Positions 9,681 to 19,771 of a stretch of DNA of 64,000 nt are shown here, one piece after another. The DNA comes from Candidatus Binatia bacterium (lineage in GTDB: Bacteria > Desulfobacterota > Binatia > HRBIN30). The DNA is taken from contig JBBRSP010000001.1 of NCBI GenBank assembly GCA_038245295.1, positions 320,001-384,000 on the forward strand, in the 5' to 3' direction. How positions within the stretch are numbered: position 1 is the stretch's first letter; each line of letters opens with the position of its first letter. Made by a program: the position numbers and the translations under genes. The notes under the pieces were generated by a model, which saw only the letters and a list, made by a program, of their open reading frames with translations, did no database searches and was not told the DNA's origin.

Positions 9681-11132
9681 ATGACGCGCCTCAGTCGTCG
9701 CGATGTTCTCAAGCTCGGCGGGTTGGCGCTGACAGCACCATACCTCGGAAGTCCTCGTTGGGCGCGCGGGTTGACCGCCGTCGGGTCGTTTCCTGTTCCG
9801 CCTCGTTTGCCTCTGATCCGCCCCGAGCCCGGATTGGTCGAGGCTGAGTTGAGCGCGGCATGGACGCAGTCTGCCGTCGCCGGCACGACGGCGCGGCTGC
9901 AGACCTACAACGGTAGTTTCCCGGGCCCGATCCTGCGCCTGCGCGAAGGCGAACGGGTTCGCCTCTGGTTCACCAACAACCTGGGTGAGCCGAGCAACTT
10001 GCACATGCATGGACTGCATGTGCCGCCGAGCATCGATAATCCATTTCTCTCGGTCTCACCGGGCGAGACCACCGTCTACGAATTCGACGTTCCGGCGAAT
10101 TCGGCGGGCACGTACTGGTATCATCCGCATCTGCACATGCGCGTCGCCCGCCAGCTCTTTGGTGGGCTTGCTGGCGTCATCGTCGTCGAGGGCCGCATGG
10201 ACCGGCAGTTGCGCCGGCGCGGTGCCGACGAATACGTCGTCGTGCTCAAGGACCTTTCCCTGGTCAACGGCGCGCCGGAAGCCCATAACCCGTTCGATTG
10301 GATGAGCGGCAAGGAAGGCAATCTCCTGCTGGTGAACGGTGCCGTGCAGCCCGTGCTGGTGCCGCGCACGAGCCTGCTGCGCCTGCGGTTGCTAAACGCC
10401 AGCAACGCGCGTTACTACCGCCTCGCCCTGGAAGGCCATCCGCTGTTTCTGATCGCCACCGACGGCGGCTTCATCGACCAGCCGATCGAGCTCAATGAGT
10501 TGCTTCTCGCTCCGGGCGAACGGGCCGACGTGCTGGTACAGCTCAATACGGCCGGAAACTTCCGTCTCCTCAATCTTCCCTATGATCGCGGCAGTGGTCA
10601 CGGGATGGGTGGAATGCACGGCGGCGGTCACATGGGTGGCATGCATGGAGGTAGCACGGGAAGCACGGCGGCCCCGGATGTCCTCATGACCATCGCGGCT
10701 GGTGAAAACCCACCACGATCGCTTCCCTCACGTGTAGGCCTGGTCGAGCCTCTGGCCCCGGCACCAGGCGACGTCCACCGTCGCCTGGTGCTCGGCGAGG
10801 CGATGATGGGATTCCAGTTCTACCTCAACGGGCGGACCTTCGACGAGGCACGCATCGACTTCCAGGGACGGCTAGGAGATCTCGAGGTGTGGGAGATCGA
10901 CAATCGCACCGGCATGGATCACCCGATGCATCTCCATACATATCCCTTCCAGGTTTTGTCTCGGAATGGCGTCCCCGAGGCCCTGCGCGCCTGGAAAGAT
11001 GTGGTCAACGTGAGGGCAGGGGAGGTTGTTCGCATCGCCGTGCCGCTTCGGGATTTCACCGGCAAGACGGTCTACCACTGCCACATCGTCGAACACGAAG
11101 ATCGCGGCATGATGGGCGTTCTTGCGGTGTAG
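9681..11132 (+). CDS. Tat-exported three-domain multicopper oxidase (CueO/laccase-like)
   Basis: SRRDVLK twin-arginine signal; HMHGLH, WYHPHLH, HPMHLH, YHCHIVEHEDRGMM; Gly/Met/His-rich insert; RBS aggagg. Confidence 0.92.
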   Translation: MTRLSRRDVLKLGGLALTAPYLGSPRWARGLTAVGSFPVPPRLPLIRPEPGLVEAELSAAWTQSAVAGTTARLQTYNGSFPGPILRLREGERVRLWFTNNLGEPSNLHMHGLHVPPSIDNPFLSVSPGETTVYEFDVPANSAGTYWYHPHLHMRVARQLFGGLAGVIVVEGRMDRQLRRRGADEYVVVLKDLSLVNGAPEAHNPFDWMSGKEGNLLLVNGAVQPVLVPRTSLLRLRLLNASNARYYRLALEGHPLFLIATDGGFIDQPIELNELLLAPGERADVLVQLNTAGNFRLLNLPYDRGSGHGMGGMHGGGHMGGMHGGSTGSTAAPDVLMTIAAGENPPRSLPSRVGLVEPLAPAPGDVHRRLVLGEAMMGFQFYLNGRTFDEARIDFQGRLGDLEVWEIDNRTGMDHPMHLHTYPFQVLSRNGVPEALRAWKDVVNVRAGEVVRIAVPLRDFTGKTVYHCHIVEHEDRGMMGVLAV

Positions 11133-11152
11133 TCGGCAAGGAGAACGAACAA

Positions 11153-11536
11153 GTGAGCGACCATAGGGCGCAAGACAGGCTCTTCGCTGTCGGCGACTAC
11201 TTTGGGGGAGGACTCATCGGCGGCACGACTGCGGCGGCTGTGCGAGCCCTGATCGTGCCGGAAACCGACATGGTGTTGGCAATGCTCATCGGGATGACGG
11301 TCGGTATGATCCTGCACCTGGGGATCGGGCTGTTGCTGACGCCGTTGCTGGGCATGTTTCACGCGATGATTCCGGGCAGTCTGATCGGGATGTACGGCGG
11401 GATGATGTTCGCGATGCGCGACAGTATGCAGGGGCCTGCGATGTCCAAAAGCCACGCCGTCGGCGTGGGTGTTGTCTTTGGGCTCCTGATGATTGTCGTC
11501 GTGCGACTCTACGATCGCGGCCTCCGCGGCGCCTAA
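11153..11536 (+). CDS. Small Met-rich membrane protein (about 4 TM)
   Basis: RBS aaggag before GTG; hydrophobic helices with MLIGMTVGM and GMYGGMMFAM. Confidence 0.7.
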   Translation: MSDHRAQDRLFAVGDYFGGGLIGGTTAAAVRALIVPETDMVLAMLIGMTVGMILHLGIGLLLTPLLGMFHAMIPGSLIGMYGGMMFAMRDSMQGPAMSKSHAVGVGVVFGLLMIVVVRLYDRGLRGA

Positions 11537-12052
11537 GCAACGGCTGTTCGCGGAGATGGACGGACATTGCCTCATGCTCGCGGCCGGTACGGGTGCCGAC
11601 TTCGCGCACTTCCCCGCCGGGCTGACGATCAAGACGATCGACATCAGCCCAGGCATGATCGCGCGCGGCGGGGCACGGGCCGCGATGTATGATGGCTCAC
11701 TCACGCTGCAGGTCATTGACGCGCAAGCCCTGCAGTTTGCCGACGCGAGCTTCGATTCGGTGGTCACCTCCTGCACATTTTGTTCGGTCCCCGATCCACT
11801 ACGCCGGTTGCGTGAGCTCTATCGCTGCTTGAAGCCAGGCGGCCGGTTGCTGATGTTCGAGCACGTGCGCAGCCGGGTCGGGCCGATCGCGTTGATGCAG
11901 GATGTCATGACGTTCATCACCCGTCGCGTCGTTGGTCCAGATATGAACCGTGATAGGTCAGCAACGTTGTGCGCGCCGGATTCGAGCTCTGCCGAGAGGA
12001 CAACGTCTACCTCGACGTGGTGAACTCCATTCGCGCCCGACGGCCAAACTAG
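11530..12052 (+). pseudogene. Class I SAM-dependent methyltransferase, 5'-truncated and frameshifted
   Basis: LAAGTG, IDISPGM, SFDSVV..TFCSVPDP, LKPGGRLLMFEHV; frame break at gat-ag-gtc (~11955), other frame continues VSNVVRAGF...NVYLDVVNSIRARRPN*. Confidence 0.75.
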
Positions 12053-12147
12053 GGCTGCCGGGCTTCGTCGCCTTGTCCTCCCGCGCCCGAACTTAGCCAC
12101 TTGTTGGAATGACATTTGCGCGTAGGGTTGGGCAAAGGAGCCGAAAA

Positions 12148-12540
12148 ATGTCCATCTCACACAAATGTCGTACGGCGATCGGGTATAGCCTCGGGGTTGT
12201 CGGCCTCGTAGCTCTCACGAGTATCGGTTCGGGGAGCGCCGCGTTGGCGCAGGGTGCGGGGCCGGTGACCGACGCCAACGTGGTCGAGCGCGTAGTCAAT
12301 ATGAAAACCCCCGCCGATCACACGGCCATTGCCGACTACTATCAGGCGAAGGCCGCGACCGCTGCCACCGAGGTGACGCGGCACGAGGCGATGGTGAAGT
12401 CGTACGAGAACATGGGCAACCCGGCCAAGCAGATGGCGGCCCACTGCGGGCGTCTCCTCGACGCTGCCAAGAAGGAACATGCCGAGTATGAGTCCTTGGC
12501 CAAGGACCATGCCGCCATGGCGGCGGCCGCGAAGAAGTAG
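12148..12540 (+). CDS. Secreted helical His/Met-containing protein
   Basis: RBS aaaggag, signal ending ALA, ADHTAIADYY...HEAM...MAAHC...HAAM. Confidence 0.8.
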   Translation: MSISHKCRTAIGYSLGVVGLVALTSIGSGSAALAQGAGPVTDANVVERVVNMKTPADHTAIADYYQAKAATAATEVTRHEAMVKSYENMGNPAKQMAAHCGRLLDAAKKEHAEYESLAKDHAAMAAAAKK

Positions 12541-12808
12541 CTGAGTCAAGCGACGCACACGATGGGGCACGGCTCACGAAGAGCGAGCCGTGCCGGTCGT
12601 CGCCCCGGGCTGCGTAACTCCACGCGCGTAGTAGTGCGTTCTTACTATCCATTCTGACACTTGCAATAAGGGGGCATGGCTGACGTCGGTCTCGGGAACT
12701 GTGATGAACAGCGATCGCTGGCCCTCTTCACCTCCTGCCAGGCGCTCAACCGCAGCGACGCTGGTGGAACGAATCGCGCGCGGTAGACATCAACAACGGA
12801 GGTAGACC

Positions 12809-13192
12809 ATGAGACGACCACTTCAGAGAATAGCTCTCTACGCCATGGGAGGACTCCTCTTCGGCGCAACCGCGCATGCCGCGCCGGTCGCTCCACAATT
12901 GAGCGCGCACCTTGTCGATCCGGCCGCCAAGGCGCAGAAGCAGGCGGCGACCGTCGAGGTGAAGGTCAGCGGCGTGAAGATCATCGACCCGGCATCGGCC
13001 AAGGAGAAGCCACGCCCTGGGCAAGGTCATCTGCACTACCAGGTTGACGACGGTCCGATCATTGCCACGACGGCAACCAAGTTGAGTTTTCACGGCCTCA
13101 AGACCGGCAAGCATTCGATCAAGGTCATGCTCGCCGGCAACGATCATCAGGCGCTCGGGCCGGAAGCGACCCTGAACGTCGACATCCCCTGA
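12809..13192 (+). CDS. Secreted beta-rich protein, DUF4399/DUF6130-like (putative metal binding)
   Basis: RBS ggagg, signal ending AHA, GHLHYQVD...HSIKVMLAGNDH. Confidence 0.75.
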   Translation: MRRPLQRIALYAMGGLLFGATAHAAPVAPQLSAHLVDPAAKAQKQAATVEVKVSGVKIIDPASAKEKPRPGQGHLHYQVDDGPIIATTATKLSFHGLKTGKHSIKVMLAGNDHQALGPEATLNVDIP

Positions 13193-13210
13193 GCAAGGAG
13201 GAACTGCCAA

Positions 13211-13576
13211 ATGGGACGATCTGAGATCGCTGAAAGGTCGGCAAGCCTCGAGCACGGAAGCCGCGCGGCAGGCCTCGAAAGTCGGCGTGTTTGGCCGGAC
13301 CCGAACACGCCGCGATGCAGCCTCCACAGTCCGTTGCCGGGCCGTGAGCTGGCCTCCATCATTCATTTCATCAGCTGCCCGTACTGCCAGCGTACCTTCG
13401 ATGTGTTTGCCGCGCTGTGGTGCGCCCACCAGGAGGATCAGCCGTCGAAGGTTTGTCCGCACTGCGACCGTTGCCTCTGTGCGCACCCCGCCTACGCAGA
13501 ACCTCACTTTTGGAGGGACTCGCCGGCGGTTTTTCATGACCGCGGATTCACACGTTTGTTCCTGTTCTATCTCTGA
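13211..13576 (+). CDS. Small Cys-rich (zinc-ribbon-like) protein
   Basis: RBS aaggagg; CPYC...WCAH...CPHCDRCLC. Confidence 0.7.
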   Translation: MGRSEIAERSASLEHGSRAAGLESRRVWPDPNTPRCSLHSPLPGRELASIIHFISCPYCQRTFDVFAALWCAHQEDQPSKVCPHCDRCLCAHPAYAEPHFWRDSPAVFHDRGFTRLFLFYL

Positions 13577-13655
13577 GTCCGCGACTCCACGGTCGTGTCA
13601 TTTGAACCGGCACCGTGCTTGACGATCTCCCGAGCAGCGCTTAAGGGAGCCCGCA

Positions 13656-14048
13656 GTGAAGCGTACTATCACCAGTCTCCTGTTGCTGGCGTTGTTCGCG
13701 GCCGACCTGCTGCTTTGTCCTTGTGTCGGGACGGCGACGGCATCGACGCCGCAATCACGACGCAAGGCAGACGCCCACGAGTGCTGCCCCGCCGCCGACG
13801 AATCCGGACGAGGGCACGGGGCGGTCCCCCAGCATCATCCTGGCTGCGATCATTGCGATCATGGCGGTGCCTCGCTCACCGCCGCGAGCAACGCCGCCTC
13901 GTTCCAGGCGCCGCAATTGTGGGCGATGTCACCTGTGATATCGGCTGTCCCGTTTCTACCTGCTTCCGTCCCTTCGGCCTTCGGAGATCGAATCCCGAAG
14001 CCTCCCCCGTTGCCACTGACGCACCGCACGTGCGTCTTGCTGATTTGA
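13656..14048 (+). CDS. Second exported Cys/His-rich leader protein, upstream of tolC-mco-copA
   Basis: RBS aaggga + GTG, hydrophobic N-terminus, CPC, HECC, HHPGCDHCDH, C-terminus PKPPPLPLTHRTCVLLI*. Confidence 0.72.
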   Translation: MKRTITSLLLLALFAADLLLCPCVGTATASTPQSRRKADAHECCPAADESGRGHGAVPQHHPGCDHCDHGGASLTAASNAASFQAPQLWAMSPVISAVPFLPASVPSAFGDRIPKPPPLPLTHRTCVLLI

Positions 14049-14051
14049 CCA

Positions 14052-14150
14052 CCTCTTCCATCTGACCCGTCTCTCTTAATTGAGACGTGCGGGATTTCTC
14101 GCGTTTGATCGGCCATACCGCCGCGGCGCGAGCGGTCTGTTTGGAAGAGG
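14052..14150 (+). promoter_or_regulatory. Predicted RBS-sequestering RNA structure between leader 2 and tolC
   Basis: CCTCTTCCA (14052-14060) is the exact reverse complement of TGGAAGAGG (14142-14150, overlapping the SD); inner stems cgtctc/gagacg and ctcgcg/cgcgag. Confidence 0.65.
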
Positions 14151-14157
14151 AGCGTCC

Positions 14158-15612
14158 ATGTTCGGAAAAGCTAGATTGGGCTCGACGACCCGCGGCGGCT
14201 GGTGGCTGTGCCTCGTGACACTCGCTGGGTGTGCGAACATCCAACCCCAGGGCGGATTCAGCGATGTGCAACAACTGATCGCCGAGCGCATGCAGGAACC
14301 CATCTATTGGAGCCAGGGAACGGCCGCCGACGCCGAAGTGCAGCAACGTATCGGCGCCATGCTTGGGGAGGCTCTCACGTCCGACACGGCGGTGCAGATC
14401 GCGTTGCTCAACAACCGCGGCCTCCAGGCCACCTACGAGGACCTTGGCGTGGCGCAGGCCGACCTGGTCCAGGCTGGCCTGCTGAAGAATCCGGTGTTCA
14501 GTGTGGAACGCCGCTTCAGCGGCCAAGCGGCGGAATTTCACATCATCCAGGATTTCCTCGATGCGTTCCTGATCCCGCTGCGCAAGCGGGCGGCGCAAGC
14601 TGCGTTTGATGCGGAGAAGGCGCGCGTCGCCGAGGCCATCCTGAACCTGGCCACCGAGGTGCGCGCCACGTTCTACACCCTTCAAGGAGCGCAGCAGCTG
14701 GTCGAGATGCGGCGCTCGGTGGTGCGCAGCACCGAGGCATCGGCTGAGGCGGCTGACGCGCTGCATACGGCCGGTAACATCAGTGAGCTAGACTGGCGCA
14801 TTGAGCAGAAGGCGGGGACGCAGGCGCGACTCGATCTTGCGACGGCCGAGGACAGTGTCGTTCAGCATCGCGAACGCCTGAATGCGCTCCTCGGTCTTTG
14901 GGGTGAGCAAACGCAATGGAAGGTCAGCGTGCATCTGCCCGAGTTGCCAGCGGGAGAGATCCAACCGCAAGGGCTGGAGGCCCTCGCTGTTGAGCAGCGA
15001 CTTGATCTGGCCGCCGGTCGTCAGGGCATCGTGCTGGCAGCCGAGAGTCTCGGGCTGACGAGCGTGACGCGCTTCGTGCCGGATGTGAACATCGGCCTGC
15101 ACTCCGAACGCGAGGCGGACGGCTTCGACTCGCTCGGCCCAAGCTTGGATCTCGCCATCCCGATCTTCGATCAGGGTCAGGCCAAGATGGCGCGCAGCGC
15201 TGCGTTGCTGCGCCAGCGCCAGGAGCGTTATGTGGCGTTGGGCATCGAGGTTCGTTCGCAGGTGCGTGCCGCCTACGCCCGAATGTCGGCTGCCGGCAGG
15301 CGCGCCAACTTCTACCGCCGCACCGTTCTGCCGCTGCATGCGGAGATCCTCCATCACACCCAGCTGCACTACAACGCCATGCAAGCCGGCGTCTTCCAGT
15401 TGCTGCTGGCGCGGCAGGCCGAGATCGATGCCGGGCGCGAGTACATTGAGACCCTGCGCGACTATTGGATTGCGCGCGCCGAGTTGGAACGCGCCGTTGG
15501 CGGCCGACTTGCCGGGTTGACGATGAGTCCAGCGGAGCCGCCTGCAGGGGCTGAGACGCCCCCGGTGCCAAGTCCGCCGCACGAACATCAGCACCATGGA
15601 GATCAATCATGA
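14158..15612 (+). CDS. TolC-family outer membrane lipoprotein (copper resistance-associated)
   Basis: Lipobox LAGC, AVQIALLNNRGLQA, YNAMQAGVFQLL, His-rich tail HEHQHHG. Confidence 0.88.
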   Translation: MFGKARLGSTTRGGWWLCLVTLAGCANIQPQGGFSDVQQLIAERMQEPIYWSQGTAADAEVQQRIGAMLGEALTSDTAVQIALLNNRGLQATYEDLGVAQADLVQAGLLKNPVFSVERRFSGQAAEFHIIQDFLDAFLIPLRKRAAQAAFDAEKARVAEAILNLATEVRATFYTLQGAQQLVEMRRSVVRSTEASAEAADALHTAGNISELDWRIEQKAGTQARLDLATAEDSVVQHRERLNALLGLWGEQTQWKVSVHLPELPAGEIQPQGLEALAVEQRLDLAAGRQGIVLAAESLGLTSVTRFVPDVNIGLHSEREADGFDSLGPSLDLAIPIFDQGQAKMARSAALLRQRQERYVALGIEVRSQVRAAYARMSAAGRRANFYRRTVLPLHAEILHHTQLHYNAMQAGVFQLLLARQAEIDAGREYIETLRDYWIARAELERAVGGRLAGLTMSPAEPPAGAETPPVPSPPHEHQHHGDQS

Positions 15613-16955
15613 AGTCGAACAAGCAGGGCATGCCACGTAGAGACTTCCTCGTTTCAGGAGCCGCGGCCATGGCTGGTGGAGCTCTTCTTCTCGGCGGCGT
15701 TGGTCAAACGGCGATAGCTCAGGCGACGCCGGAACCCCCAAAGGATCCTGAAGCGGCGCGGCAAGCATCAGGCATGGCCGGGCAAGACTATGCCCCCGTC
15801 ATTGTACCCAACGGTGCCAAATTGCCGTGGAAGATGATCGACGGCGTCAAAGTGTTCCACTTGATCGCGGAGGAGGTTGATCACGAGTTCGCCCCGGGCC
15901 TGAAGGCAACGTGTTGGGGCTACAACGGTGCCGTGCACGGTCCGCTAATCGAAGCGGTCGAAGGTGATCGCGTGCGGATCTATGTGACGAACCGCCTGTC
16001 CGCGTCGACCACGGTTCACTGGCATGGTCTCCTCGTGCCCAGCGGTATGGACGGCGTCGGCGGTCTCAATCAGCGCGCGATCAGACCGGGCGAGACCTTC
16101 AAATACGAGTTCACCCTTATCCAGCACGGGACGCTGATGTACCACTCGCATCACGACGAGATGACACAGATCGCCCTAGGCATGACTGGCATGTTTGTCG
16201 TGCATCCGCGTCAGCGGCCGGACCCCAAAATCGATCGCGACTTCGCGATCATGTTGCACGAGTGGCGTATCGACGCCGGAGCGACTCGCCCAAATCCGAA
16301 TGAGATGACGGAGTTCAACATCCTGACGATGAACGGACGAGTGTTCCCAGGCACCTCGCCTCTGGTGGCCCGCAAGGGGGATCGCGTGCGCATCCGTCTC
16401 GGCAATCTGGGGCCGATGGATCATCATCCGATCCACCTGCACGGACATGTGTTCACCCTGGTGGCGACGGATGGCGGAGAAGTTCCGGCATCGGCGCGGC
16501 ACCCCGAAACAACGGTACTCGTGCCGGTAGGCAGTACTCGCACGGTGGAGCTCGTGGCGACCGAGGGTGACTGGGCGATGCACTGTCACATGACCCATCA
16601 CGTCATGAACCAGATGGGTCACAAGTTTCCCAACATGATCGGTGTGAAGCCGGGTAGCCTCGACGCGAAGGTTGGTCAGGTCCTGCCGAGCTACATGACC
16701 ATGGGGCAGGACGGCATGGGTGATATGGGCGGGATGAAGATGGCGGTGCCGAAGAACAGCATCGCAATGGTCGGTGGTCGTGGGCCGTTCGACAACATTA
16801 CGATGGGCGGGATGTTTACGATTCTCAAGGTGCGCGGCAGCCTTGCCGACTACAACAGCGCGACCGAGTGGTACCCGAACCCGCCCGGGACCGTTGCTAA
16901 CCTGGCGACGGCCGAGCAACTGCGGGCCGACGGCATCGTCACCGATCGAAAATGA
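15609..16955 (+). CDS. Tat-exported two-domain multicopper oxidase with Met-rich tail
   Basis: PRRDFL signal; [27 protein letters not shown] overlap with tolC. Confidence 0.9.
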   Translation: MKSNKQGMPRRDFLVSGAAAMAGGALLLGGVGQTAIAQATPEPPKDPEAARQASGMAGQDYAPVIVPNGAKLPWKMIDGVKVFHLIAEEVDHEFAPGLKATCWGYNGAVHGPLIEAVEGDRVRIYVTNRLSASTTVHWHGLLVPSGMDGVGGLNQRAIRPGETFKYEFTLIQHGTLMYHSHHDEMTQIALGMTGMFVVHPRQRPDPKIDRDFAIMLHEWRIDAGATRPNPNEMTEFNILTMNGRVFPGTSPLVARKGDRVRIRLGNLGPMDHHPIHLHGHVFTLVATDGGEVPASARHPETTVLVPVGSTRTVELVATEGDWAMHCHMTHHVMNQMGHKFPNMIGVKPGSLDAKVGQVLPSYMTMGQDGMGDMGGMKMAVPKNSIAMVGGRGPFDNITMGGMFTILKVRGSLADYNSATEWYPNPPGTVANLATAEQLRADGIVTDRK

Positions 16956-16986
16956 CAGGACTAGGCAAAGCACGGAGAAAACGACG

Positions 16987-19449
<2,463 letters not shown>

Positions 19450-19533
19450 TCATTCCGTTGATGAGCTCACGTCGAGACGTAAAAAGACAGCCCGGATTGG
19501 CCGGAACCAACTCAGGCCAACCATCCCTATTTC

Positions 19534-19700
19534 CGTCATCCCGGCGAAAGAGACTGTCGTAAAACCAAAGTGGAGCAACGTCATCCCGGTGAAAACCGGG
19601 ATCTCCTCCTGCTGGAAGCTTCGGAAGCTCGCGAGATACCGGCTTTCGCCGGTATGACGGCAAGGTCTGCTCGGTTTCAAATTTGGTTTCCGAGAGAACA
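19534..19700. mobile_element. REP-containing MITE-like element, copy 1 (one end degenerate)
   Basis: gtcatcccggcgaaa-gagactgtcgtaaaaccaaagtggagcaacgtcatcccggtgaaaaccgggatc...gagataccggctttcgccggtatgac; homologous in inverted orientation to 38515-38704. Confidence 0.65.
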
Positions 19701-19771
19701 CCAGAAGCGCATTCCCCATTCTCTTTGCGTCCTAGCGGCTCTGCGTGAGCCAACACGACAGGTGGAAGCGA

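Noticed and set aside
10600..10655. Direct repeat atgggtgg(a/c)atgca(c/t)gg
   Set aside because: Encodes the Met/His-rich loop typical of CueO-like oxidases
12566..12594. Hairpin ggcacggctc/gagccgtgcc as a terminator
   Set aside because: Strong stem but no U-tract; function cannot be assigned
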